A stretch of 64,000 nt of DNA, taken from Alphaproteobacteria bacterium (lineage in GTDB: Bacteria; Pseudomonadota; Alphaproteobacteria; Micavibrionales; UBA2020). The position numbers and the translations under genes are program-made. The notes under the pieces were generated by a model. That model ran no database searches and was not told where the DNA came from. It saw nothing but the letters and a program-made list of their open reading frames with translations. The DNA lies in NCBI GenBank assembly GCA_041287865.1, contig JBGGMV010000008.1:70297-134296 (forward strand). The letters are read 5' to 3'. Of the stretch, positions 37,084 through 45,671 are shown in pieces (the first letter of the stretch is position 1; each line of letters starts with the position of its first letter).

Positions 37084-38139
37084 ATGGGTGTTTCACTGCG
37101 CGGTTTTGTTTTCACAGTCTTTGTCCTTCTTACCTTCGCTGCCCCTGCGCTGGCAGAGGAGGAAAAACCGACGCTGCAGCAGGAAGTCGCGCGGCGGCTG
37201 GTCGATTTGAAGGAACGCCGCTTTATCACCTTCAATTCCGAAAACGACCTCTATGCGCCCGGCGGCAACGACGAGAACTATACCAATGGCGCGCGCGTGA
37301 CATTCTTCCACGTCGGCGAGAAGCCGCACCCTATCTTCAACAACCTCGACCGCATCGTGCCGGTCTTTACCATCAACCCCACCACCAGCGTCTATTACAC
37401 GCTGGGCCATAACCTCTACACGCCCAAGGACATCACGATGGTGGCGCAGGACCCGAACGACCGGCCCTGGGCGGCCTTTCTTTACGGCTCGGCCGGCCTT
37501 GTCAGCATCACCGACAACCATATTGATGAAATGGAAGCGACCATCGGCATCATCGGCCCCGCGGCGCTCGGCGAACAGGTGCAGAAATTCGTGCACGAGC
37601 ATGTTTCCGACAGCCCCACGCCGCGCGGCTGGGACAACCAGCTGAAGAACGAACCCGGCCTGATGCTGTCGTGGGAGCGCCGCTGGCCAGAATTATACGG
37701 GCACGAGGCTTTGGGCTTGTCGGCCGGCTTTACGCCGCATCTGGGCGCGACGGTTGGTAACGTTTACACCTATGCCAGCGCCGGCATCAATTTCCGCCTC
37801 TCGCCGTTTGAATCGCGCTGGCAGGACAGCCCTATCCGCGTGCGCCCCGCCATGCCTGGCACCGGCGCCTTCATGACGAAGGAAGACAAATTCAGCTGGT
37901 ATTTGTTCAGCGGGGTCGAGGGCCGCGCCGTGGCGCGCAACATCTTCCTCGACGGCAATACTTTCACCGACAGCCATGATGTTGATAAAGTGCCGCTGGT
38001 GGCGGACCTGAACGCGGGCCTCGCCTTCACCTACGGCGCCGCGCGGCTCAGCTACGCGCTCATCTACCGCACGAAAGAATTCGACAAGCAGGACGACCCC
38101 GGCATCTTCGGCACGGTCAGCTTCGGGTATCGGTTTTAG
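37084..38139 (+). CDS. LpxR-like lipid A deacylase family outer-membrane protein (DUF2219)
   Basis: Signal peptide MGVSLRGFVFTVFVLLTFAAPALA. FNSENDLYAPGGNDENYTNGARVTF matches the LpxR family N-terminal motif. The beta-barrel-like C-terminus ends in F. Confidence 0.7.
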   Translation: MGVSLRGFVFTVFVLLTFAAPALAEEEKPTLQQEVARRLVDLKERRFITFNSENDLYAPGGNDENYTNGARVTFFHVGEKPHPIFNNLDRIVPVFTINPTTSVYYTLGHNLYTPKDITMVAQDPNDRPWAAFLYGSAGLVSITDNHIDEMEATIGIIGPAALGEQVQKFVHEHVSDSPTPRGWDNQLKNEPGLMLSWERRWPELYGHEALGLSAGFTPHLGATVGNVYTYASAGINFRLSPFESRWQDSPIRVRPAMPGTGAFMTKEDKFSWYLFSGVEGRAVARNIFLDGNTFTDSHDVDKVPLVADLNAGLAFTYGAARLSYALIYRTKEFDKQDDPGIFGTVSFGYRF

Positions 38140-38591
38140 GGCTTAAAGCCTTTGGTCTGCGCACGGCCCGAATTCGTCTGGGCGCGGCCGCTGCGGGTCT
38201 GGCCGCGATAGCCCATGTCTTCCGCCTCTTTCATCAGGCCTTCCATTTTCTGCAGGAAGCCGGCGGGCAGGTCGGGGTTGATGGCAAAGGGTTTCGGCAG
38301 CGGGTCGGTCGCGGGCTTCAGATATCCGATCGCCATGGGACGCGCACGGGTGCCGCAGGTAGGATCGTCATTGCTTTCGACCAGTTTGCTGTTCATCACG
38401 TCGTTGATGAAATCCTGCGGCGGTTTCCAGCCGATCTCGACATAGAGTTTCGCCATATCCGGCATCACCCAGCTGTTGCCGGATGAAAAGCACAGCGTCA
38501 CATCGCCGGAGCTGTAAACCACGTCCTTGTTACGCAGGTTCAGCTTCTCGGCTTCTTCGCGCGTCATATACTCGCAGCGGTGGAATCCCAT
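38136..38591 (-). CDS. hypothetical protein
   Basis: 151 aa with no signal peptide. The start lies 1 nt after the stop of the upstream gene. It ends with the duplicated SGRAQT-SGRAQTKGFKP. Confidence 0.55.
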   Translation of the reverse strand: MGFHRCEYMTREEAEKLNLRNKDVVYSSGDVTLCFSSGNSWVMPDMAKLYVEIGWKPPQDFINDVMNSKLVESNDDPTCGTRARPMAIGYLKPATDPLPKPFAINPDLPAGFLQKMEGLMKEAEDMGYRGQTRSGRAQTNSGRAQTKGFKP

Positions 38592-38592
38592 C

Positions 38593-38895
38593 TTACAGCT
38601 CCCTCTTCAGCGCATACATGGATGTGGTCATTTTCTCGACCTTCTCGACGTTTTTCACGCTCTTCACCACTTCCAGCGCTTCGGGCGTCGCGTAGATCTG
38701 CGCGGAACGGGCATGACCCGGCACGCGCGATGCGGCGAAGGCAAATTCGGCGGAGAGGCCTTTTTCGGCCAGCTGCGTCTTGATATTGCGCTTCACGCCG
38801 CCCGTGATCTTGCGCTGGGTTGCAATGAAGGTGTCGGTCGACGTCGTCGTATCCGCGCTGGTGATATGCAGGTTGTAAAGCTGTGCCTTGGCCAT
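38593..38895 (-). CDS. hypothetical protein
   Basis: 100 aa from ATG 38895 (MAKAQLYNLHI...). It is the first gene of a two-gene unit behind a TTGACATAAT box. Confidence 0.5.
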   Translation of the reverse strand: MAKAQLYNLHITSADTTTSTDTFIATQRKITGGVKRNIKTQLAEKGLSAEFAFAASRVPGHARSAQIYATPEALEVVKSVKNVEKVEKMTTSMYALKREL

Positions 38896-38949
38896 GGAAA
38901 AACGCCCTTCTTCGAATTTCAAACAAACCCCTTCTAACAACCCTCAAAA

Positions 38950-38959
38950 ATTATGTCAA
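38950..38959 (-). promoter_or_regulatory. TTGACATAAY promoter box
   Basis: On the minus strand: TTGACATAAT, a 17-nt spacer, then TAGAAG (38936-38931). Confidence 0.45.
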
Positions 38960-39081
38960 CCGCGCTTAATCGCCTTTGAATTCAAGCATATAAAAATCTG
39001 CTCGTTCCCTCTGGCGGAAAACCGGGACGTATAATATGGTTATCTCCCTTACTATCGTACCGTAAGCTTGAGAGGGATTTG

Positions 39082-40164
39082 ATGTCCGCCGGACTGCTCG
39101 CCCTGCTGCAAGAAACCGCCACCGCCACGCAAGGCGCGATGGTCAAAACGACAGGGGTCGTCTGCGACGACCTCGCGGTCAGCTGCAACCAGTTCATCGG
39201 CGGCCAGCCCGACCGCAAAATCCCCATGGTGATGAAGGTCGCCAAACGCTCGCTCATTAACAAAGCCATTTTAATCCCCTCGGCCCTCGCGCTCTCGCTC
39301 ACCTTCCCCGCGGCTATTTTGCCGGCGCTGGCCGTGGGCGGCGCGCTGCTCTGCTACGACAGCATGCACAAGATCACGCACAAGGCCATCAAGCCGCCGC
39401 CCGTCGCGGTGAGCGAAGCCTATGCCAACGACCATGCCGCCTGGGAAAAGCGCCATGTGAAAAGCGCGATGCATACCGACCTTGTCCTTTCGGCCGAGGT
39501 GACGACGGTGTCGCTCTGGAGCGTGACGGGCGCGCCCGTCCTTGTCCAGCTGGGCACGCTGACCGCGACCGGCCTTGCCATGACCGCCGCGGTTTATACG
39601 GCTGTTGCGGCCATCATCAAGATGGATGATGCCGGCGTCGCGCTGGAAAAAGTGAAGGGTAACGGCCTGTTTGCGAAAACCTGCCACAAGGCGGGTAAAG
39701 CCATCGGCCATGTCGCGCCGAAACTGATTAAAACCATCGGCGTCGTCGGCATGGCCGCGATGTTCCTAGTCGGCGGCACGATGCTGGTGCATGGCATTCC
39801 GGGCGGCGAGCATCTGGTCGGTGCCGCCGTGTCGGCCCTTGGCGCGAATGCCGTGGTGCAGGCCGTGGCGGTCGTCGCGCTGCAATTCGGCGTCGGTGTT
39901 GTGGCGGGCATTGCCTCGCTCCCCGTCGCCAAGGTCGTTATCCCCGCCTACAAGAAATCCGTTGCTTGGACGCGCAAGCTGTTCGGCAAGCCCGATATCA
40001 CAAAACCGCTTGCGCAATCACCCCAAGCACCTGAACCCGCGCCGAAGCTTCTGCCGCCCAAGGGCAGCGCCAGCACGGCGCTCAATGCCGCTGTCAGGCT
40101 GGACGCGCCCGCCAACGACACGCAGGCAAAACCCGTCCTTGCCGCAAAACCGCCCAAGCCATAA
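39082..40164 (+). CDS. DUF808 (YedI-like) inner-membrane protein, divergent paralog 1
   Basis: MSAGLLALLQETATATQGAMVKTTGVVCDDLAVSCNQF...IPMVMKVAKRSLINKAILIP parallels the DUF808 N-terminus. It has a Pro/Lys-rich C-terminal extension. Confidence 0.7.
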   Translation: MSAGLLALLQETATATQGAMVKTTGVVCDDLAVSCNQFIGGQPDRKIPMVMKVAKRSLINKAILIPSALALSLTFPAAILPALAVGGALLCYDSMHKITHKAIKPPPVAVSEAYANDHAAWEKRHVKSAMHTDLVLSAEVTTVSLWSVTGAPVLVQLGTLTATGLAMTAAVYTAVAAIIKMDDAGVALEKVKGNGLFAKTCHKAGKAIGHVAPKLIKTIGVVGMAAMFLVGGTMLVHGIPGGEHLVGAAVSALGANAVVQAVAVVALQFGVGVVAGIASLPVAKVVIPAYKKSVAWTRKLFGKPDITKPLAQSPQAPEPAPKLLPPKGSASTALNAAVRLDAPANDTQAKPVLAAKPPKP

Positions 40165-40166
40165 AA

Positions 40167-40206
40167 AGCTATCCCCGTATTGATCAGGGGCAATACGGGG
40201 ATAGCT
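40167..40206. terminator. perfect 16-bp-stem hairpin, probable terminator
   Basis: AGCTATCCCCGTATTG (40167-40182) pairs with CAATACGGGGATAGCT (40191-40206). On the minus strand it is followed by TTTTAT. It sits between convergent genes. Confidence 0.6.
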
Positions 40207-40244
40207 GTCATTGCGCCGGGATGGAGTCCTTGGCGGCGCAAATC

Positions 40245-40436
40245 CTAGCGCGTGTCGCGTGTCGCGTCTTTCATTTCGTGTGCAAGATCTTTTGTGGCGT
40301 CGGTTACATTGTCGATCGCCCGGCCGATTTTCGCACCGGGGGTCTGCGACTGGTAATCGTGCCGTTCATAAGCCAGCAGCCCGATAACGGCCAAAAGTAC
40401 CACAATCACAATCGCCATAGCGTTTTCGTTGCGCAT
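40245..40436 (-). CDS. small single-TM hypothetical protein
   Basis: 63 aa. TM segment AIVIVVLLAVIGLLAY is followed by a hydrophilic tail. The hairpin lies downstream. Confidence 0.4.
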   Translation of the reverse strand: MRNENAMAIVIVVLLAVIGLLAYERHDYQSQTPGAKIGRAIDNVTDATKDLAHEMKDATRDTR

Positions 40437-40505
40437 GATGGTCCTCCTGTTTCTGGTGAACAGTATCCTTCAACAGGACAAACAGGAGGCAGAGCAAAGA
40501 GTTCC

Positions 40506-41246
40506 CTAACGCACGTTTCCGATCGAATTCTTGACCGTGTCATGCTTGATTTTGGGCATCGGCGGGGGCTCGGGAATGCGCGAAGGCTCGGCAGGCGTGG
40601 GCGTGCTGTTTTTCAGCGTGCCCAATTGGCGGCAATCGATATTGGGGTTGGGACAGGGTTTTTTCTGCGTTAATCCTTCGGGCGCCTGCGGGCCTTTTTG
40701 TTCCGCATGGCGCTGACGGGCGCGTTCGACCCGTTCGGCGTGCCGGCGGCGGCGTTCTTCCTCGATCTTGCGCTGGCGGGCTTCGCGGGCCGCCTCGCGG
40801 CGTCTTTCCTGTTCCGCACGCTGGCGCAGGCGTTCCAGCCTTGCCTGCTGGCGGCGCTCGGCCGCTTCGCGCTCGGCTTTCATACGGGCAAGGCGTTCCT
40901 CGATGCGGCGGCGTTTCAGGGCCTCGCGCTCGCGCTTCAGCTCTTCCTTCAGGGTTTTCTCGGCCTCGCGCAGGGCGTCCTTTTTCAGGCGGTCATCGTT
41001 CATGTCCTTCAACATGTCTTTCATGTCCTTGCGGGCGTCTTCGGAGATAAGGCTGAACATCAACTGGATGGCGTCCTCGACGGGCATCTTGCTGAAATCG
41101 ATGCCCGCGGGGCTCTGAGCCTGTTTCTGCCCCTGTACCGGCGCGGCGACAACGGTGGAGGCGCCCAATCCCGCCTTGGCGGGCTGGGCGGCGGGGGCGG
41201 CGGGGGTGAACAACAGCAGGGCAATGAAAAGGGCGGCGAGGCGCAT
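40506..41246 (-). CDS. secreted Arg/Glu-rich (ER/K-like) coiled protein
   Basis: Signal peptide MRLAALFIALLLFTPAAPAAQPA. A long charged helix segment follows: RRIEERLARMKAEREAAERRQQARLERLRQRAEQERRREAAREARQRKIEEERRRRHAERVERARQRH. Confidence 0.65.
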   Translation of the reverse strand: MRLAALFIALLLFTPAAPAAQPAKAGLGASTVVAAPVQGQKQAQSPAGIDFSKMPVEDAIQLMFSLISEDARKDMKDMLKDMNDDRLKKDALREAEKTLKEELKREREALKRRRIEERLARMKAEREAAERRQQARLERLRQRAEQERRREAAREARQRKIEEERRRRHAERVERARQRHAEQKGPQAPEGLTQKKPCPNPNIDCRQLGTLKNSTPTPAEPSRIPEPPPMPKIKHDTVKNSIGNVR

Positions 41247-41464
41247 AAAAATACTCCATGAAGATAGGGAAGATTAGCCCTTCTGCGTGACCGAAACAGC
41301 CCCGAATCTTAACGGCAGCCAGACCCCGAATGGTGCGTCCATAATTGTGGTATCATGATACTAAATATCTGATTTATAATGTTAATTACGATACTTCTTT
41401 CCAAGCCCATTAAAACCCCGTACCCTATTTACCTAACAGGCTCAACAACCCGAGGAGGACTATT

Positions 41465-42652
41465 TTGGCTGCTACCGGACTACTTGCGATCCTTGATGAT
41501 ATTGCAGCGATGACGAAGATTGCGGCCAAGAAGACCGCCGGCATCGCAGGCGACGATCTGGCGGTGAACGCGCATGCGGTGGCGAACGGCAAGGGCGGGA
41601 TCGACCCCAAGCGCGAGCTGCCCATCGTCTGGGAAATTGCCAAGGGTTCCTTCAAGAACAAGTTCCTCTACCTGATCCCGGGCGCGATGCTGCTGACGGC
41701 CGTTGCCCCCTGGGCGATCCCCCCGCTGATGATGGCGGGCGGCGCCTTCCTCTGCTACGAGGGCATCGAGAAAGTCATCCACAAGAAAGGCAAGGACTCG
41801 GACGAGGAAAAACGCCTGCTTGCCGAAATGGATTCAAAAGAGCTTGAAAAGAAAAAGATCGCCGGCGCGATCAAGACCGACGTGATCCTTTCCGCCGAAA
41901 TCGTCGTTGTGACGCTGGGCGCGATCGCAGGTTCTACGTTATTGGTGCAGGCGGCCACGCTGGCCGCCGTCGGCGTCATCATGACGGTCGGCATTTACGG
42001 CCTTGTCGGCGGCCTAGTGAAGCTCGACGATATCGGCCTGCACCTGCAGAAGAAAGAAGGCGACGGTTTCGGTGCGAAATGCCAGCGCACGCTCGGCAAA
42101 TGCCTTGTGAAAGGCGTACCGCCCTTTATGAAATGCCTTTCGGTCGTCGGCACCGCCGCCATGTTCGCGGTGGGCGGCGGTATTATATTGCACGGCATCC
42201 CGATGCTGGGCCATGCGGTCGCGGGCCTTGCCCATGCCGCAACCTCGATCCCCGTTGTCGCGGGCCTGATTGAATCGGGCATTGCGATTGCGGCCGGCGT
42301 TGCAACCGGCTTTGCCGCTATCCCTGCCGTCAAGGCGATCTCGAAGCCGCTCGGCAAGGTGATGGAAGTCTGCAAGAACGCCGTCGACATCGTGAAAGAC
42401 GCCATGACGCGCATCCCCCTGCTCAACAAGCTGGTGAAAAAACCCGTAGCCGCGAACGAGAACAAACCGCTCTCCGCGCCGAAGAAGCCCGAGGCAGCAC
42501 CCGCCCTTGCCAATGCGCCCGACCTGACCGCCAAACATGCCAAGGCCGCCAAGCCCGCGCCCAAAGTGGTGCCGGAGCCGCCCCCGCCCGCGCATTACCC
42601 GCCGCCCGGCGAGTTCCAGAAAGAACTGAAACAGAACCGCTATAACGGCTAG
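41465..42652 (+). CDS. DUF808 (YedI-like) inner-membrane protein, paralog 2
   Basis: TTG start with GAGGAGG 7 nt upstream. AATGLLAILDDIAAMTKIAAKKTAGIAGDDLAVNAHAV...ELPIVWEIAKGSFKNKFLYL is the canonical DUF808 N-terminus. It carries an about 90-aa Pro/Lys-rich extension. Confidence 0.8.
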   Translation: MAATGLLAILDDIAAMTKIAAKKTAGIAGDDLAVNAHAVANGKGGIDPKRELPIVWEIAKGSFKNKFLYLIPGAMLLTAVAPWAIPPLMMAGGAFLCYEGIEKVIHKKGKDSDEEKRLLAEMDSKELEKKKIAGAIKTDVILSAEIVVVTLGAIAGSTLLVQAATLAAVGVIMTVGIYGLVGGLVKLDDIGLHLQKKEGDGFGAKCQRTLGKCLVKGVPPFMKCLSVVGTAAMFAVGGGIILHGIPMLGHAVAGLAHAATSIPVVAGLIESGIAIAAGVATGFAAIPAVKAISKPLGKVMEVCKNAVDIVKDAMTRIPLLNKLVKKPVAANENKPLSAPKKPEAAPALANAPDLTAKHAKAAKPAPKVVPEPPPPAHYPPPGEFQKELKQNRYNG

Positions 42653-42706
42653 CTTCACAAAAGCTTCAAATTAGGGCATTCTTTGCTTCCAACGAGAGGA
42701 TGACCC

Positions 42707-43633
42707 ATGGCCGGCGGCGGCTTGCTTGCATTACTGGACGATATCACCGTGCTGCTCGACGACATCGCCGCGATGTCGAAGGTGGCGGCGGTAAAGACCT
42801 CCGGCATCGTCGGCGACGACCTTGCCGTGAACGCGCAGGCGCTTGTAGGCCTCGATCCGAAACGGGAATTACCCATCGTCTGGCGCGTGGCCAAGGGCTC
42901 GCTGAAAAATAAATTCATCCTCGTCCCGACCGCCCTGCTCCTGTCCGCCTTTGCCGAATGGGCGATCACGCCGCTGCTGATGATCGGCGGCGCGTTCCTC
43001 TGCTACGAGGGCGCCGAAAAGATCATGCACGCGATCAAGCCCGACGCCGCCGACAAGCGGCACGAAAAGGAACTGATCGAAGCCGGTCACCTGAGCGCGA
43101 AATCGGTCATGGAGGTCGAGAAGGAAAAAATCGGCGAGGCCGTGAACACCGACTTCATCCTTTCCGCCGAAATCATCGCCGTCGCGCTGGGCTCGGTCAA
43201 GGAAATGAGCTTTGCCGTGCAAACGGGCGTCCTGGCGGGCATCGGCATCGGGATGACTGTCTTTGTGTACGGCCTAGTCGGCTGCATCATCAAGCTTGAC
43301 GATCTCGGCATGTGGCTCGCCAAGAAGAAAAGCCGCGCGGCGCAGAAACTGGGCCTCTGGATACTGAAGGCCATGCCCTATTTCATGAAGACGCTGACCG
43401 TCGTCGGCACCATCGCCATGTTCGCGGTGGGCGGCGGCATCATCCTGCACGGCATCCCTGCTGTTAAAGACGCGATGCACCACTGGAGCAGCTGGATCTC
43501 CGTCCCCTCCACCATTGTCGCAGGCCTGATCATCGGCTTCCTCTGCATCCCCGTCGCCCATGTGCTGGCCAAGCCCTTTGGCAAGATCATGAAGGCCGTC
43601 AAAAAGGCGATGCCGAAATTCAAGAAAGCCTAG
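42707..43633 (+). CDS. DUF808 (YedI-like) inner-membrane protein, paralog 3
   Basis: 308 aa, the canonical family length, starting MAGGGLLALLDDITVLLDDIAAMSKVAAVKTSGIVGDDLAVNAQAL. Confidence 0.85.
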   Translation: MAGGGLLALLDDITVLLDDIAAMSKVAAVKTSGIVGDDLAVNAQALVGLDPKRELPIVWRVAKGSLKNKFILVPTALLLSAFAEWAITPLLMIGGAFLCYEGAEKIMHAIKPDAADKRHEKELIEAGHLSAKSVMEVEKEKIGEAVNTDFILSAEIIAVALGSVKEMSFAVQTGVLAGIGIGMTVFVYGLVGCIIKLDDLGMWLAKKKSRAAQKLGLWILKAMPYFMKTLTVVGTIAMFAVGGGIILHGIPAVKDAMHHWSSWISVPSTIVAGLIIGFLCIPVAHVLAKPFGKIMKAVKKAMPKFKKA

Positions 43634-43694
43634 GGAACTGTTTTTCCTTGCCGCCGTTTGGGTAAAAATTTCTTTTCACCAAGAAGGATTTTCC

Positions 43695-45002
43695 ATGTCG
43701 AAAACTGCCGCCGTCCTTGCCCTGTCATTAATGCTGCTTGCCTTCCCTGCCTTTGCCGACGAGGCGACGCTTCAGGTAGAGGACGTGATGGGCGCGAACC
43801 CGAAGCTGGTCGATCCCGTCAAAAGCACCTTCCCGACCGTCAAGATCGCCGAGGTGAAGCGCTGGGAAGCAGGCAAGACGCCGCTGGCCGCACCCGGGTT
43901 TACGGTGAAGGAATTCGCGGGCGGGCTTGATCACCCCCGCTGGATTTACGTGCTGCCCAATGGCGACGTATTGGTGGCCGAAACCAACGCGCCGCCGAAA
44001 CCCGAACAAGGCGGAATCAAGGGTTTCTTCATGAAAAAAGCGATGAAGAAGGCCGGCGCCGCGACGAAAAGCGCGAACCGCATCACCTTGCTCCGTGACG
44101 CCGACGGCGACGGCAGGCCGGAGGTGCGCGAGGCCTTCCTCGAAAACCTGAATTCCCCCTTCGGCATGGCGCTGGTGGGAAATGATTTCTATGTCGCGGA
44201 TACCGACAAGGTGATGAAGTTCCCCTATACGGCAGGCGCGACAAAAATCACCGCGCCCAGCGAAAAATTGGCCGATCTGCCGGGCGGCGATCTCAACCAT
44301 CACTGGACGAAAAACCTTGTCGCCAGCAAGGATGGAAAATTCCTTTATGCTTCGGTCGGCTCTAACAGCAACGTCGCCGAAAACGGCCTGGACAAGGAAG
44401 TGAACCGCGCCGCGATACTTGAAATAGAACGCGCGACCGGCAAAACGCGCCTTTTCGCCTCCGGCCTGCGCAATCCCGTCGGCATGGATTTCAACCCCGT
44501 GACAGGCGATCTGTGGACGGCCGTCAACGAGCGTGACGAGCTGGGCTCCGACCTTGTGCCCGACTACATGACCTCGGTGAAGGACGGCGCGTTTTATGGC
44601 TGGCCCTGGAGTTACTGGGGGCATGTGGATACGCGCGTCGAGCCCACCAACGTCGAAATGGTAGCCAAGGCCCTTTCCCCCGATTACGCGCTGGGGCCGC
44701 ATACGGCTTCGCTGGGCCTGACATTCTATACCGCCGACGCTTTCGGCGCGGCTTATAAAAACGGCGTCTTTATCGGCCAGCACGGTTCATGGAACCGCGA
44801 CCCGCCCAGCGGTTATAAAGTGATCTTCGTGCCCTTTAAAAACGGCAAGCCCGACGGCAAGCCTGAAAACTTCCTGTCCGGCTTCCTCGACGCCGAAGGC
44901 AATGCGCAGGGCCGCCCCGTCGGCGTGGCCGTCGACAGCAAAGGCGCGCTGCTGGTAGCGGATGATGTGGGGAACGTTATCTGGCGGGTGTCGGCGCCGT
45001 AG
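43695..45002 (+). CDS. PQQ-dependent sugar (sorbosone/aldose) dehydrogenase family protein
   Basis: It has a signal peptide and beta-propeller motifs: PRWIYVLPNGDVLVAE, NSPFGMALVGNDFYVADTD, HHWTKNL, GLRNPVGMDFNPVTGDLWTAVNERDELG and FYGWPW. Confidence 0.8.
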   Translation: MSKTAAVLALSLMLLAFPAFADEATLQVEDVMGANPKLVDPVKSTFPTVKIAEVKRWEAGKTPLAAPGFTVKEFAGGLDHPRWIYVLPNGDVLVAETNAPPKPEQGGIKGFFMKKAMKKAGAATKSANRITLLRDADGDGRPEVREAFLENLNSPFGMALVGNDFYVADTDKVMKFPYTAGATKITAPSEKLADLPGGDLNHHWTKNLVASKDGKFLYASVGSNSNVAENGLDKEVNRAAILEIERATGKTRLFASGLRNPVGMDFNPVTGDLWTAVNERDELGSDLVPDYMTSVKDGAFYGWPWSYWGHVDTRVEPTNVEMVAKALSPDYALGPHTASLGLTFYTADAFGAAYKNGVFIGQHGSWNRDPPSGYKVIFVPFKNGKPDGKPENFLSGFLDAEGNAQGRPVGVAVDSKGALLVADDVGNVIWRVSAP

Positions 45003-45044
45003 CAGCGGCCTGCGGGTTCGTCGAAACAAAATCGCCCCGCCTTA

Positions 45045-45482
45045 TCAAGGCATAAAGGGGAAATCCTTGGCGATTTTCTTGACCTTGCGCACGTTCTCGC
45101 GGCCGATGCGCTTGGACAGGTCGAACTGCTTGCGGCCGGGCCGCGCGCGCCAGACAGTCTTGTACTTGGCGCGCAGCTCCACCGCTTCATCGATGATCGG
45201 GTAGGTAAGGCCGACAAGGCCGCGTTCCACCTGCCCGTTGCGCATCGGCATTTCGGCGATGCGCATGACCAGCGCGGCGGAGGGCAGCAGCTTCATCATG
45301 GCGGCCGCTTCCCTGGTGCCTTCTTTCCATCTGGCGATATGTTTCGCATGGCCGTCGCGCGCAAAACGGCGCAGGTCGCGGATCAGCGGGCTCAGCGTGC
45401 CGATGGCCTGCTTCATCTCGTCGACCGTCATGCGCCGGAAATCGGGGTTCGGGTCAGTTGCGCGGTTGAAATCGTTTTGCAT
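45045..45482 (-). CDS. hypothetical protein
   Basis: 145 aa with no signal peptide. The basic C-terminus is ...NVRKVKKIAKDFPFMP. A variant box TTGTCATTAT lies upstream. Confidence 0.5.
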   Translation of the reverse strand: MQNDFNRATDPNPDFRRMTVDEMKQAIGTLSPLIRDLRRFARDGHAKHIARWKEGTREAAAMMKLLPSAALVMRIAEMPMRNGQVERGLVGLTYPIIDEAVELRAKYKTVWRARPGRKQFDLSKRIGRENVRKVKKIAKDFPFMP

Positions 45483-45544
45483 GGGCGGGAATTTACGCGC
45501 CTCATCTCAAGCTTGCAATAAAGCGACTCGAATATATTTACGTA

Positions 45545-45554
45545 ATAATGACAA
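45545..45554 (-). promoter_or_regulatory. variant promoter box TTGTCATTAT
   Basis: One mismatch to TTGACATTAT, located about 65 nt upstream of ATG 45482. No convincing -10 is present. Confidence 0.25.
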
Positions 45555-45671
45555 ATCTTTGCAAAAAACCCAATAAAACCGGCATTTACAGCCTGATTTT
45601 GAATCGTTGACGCGCGGCTTGGCTATCAGGCATTGTGCGGGTGAATTTCACGCCATTTATAAGGAGAGCGC

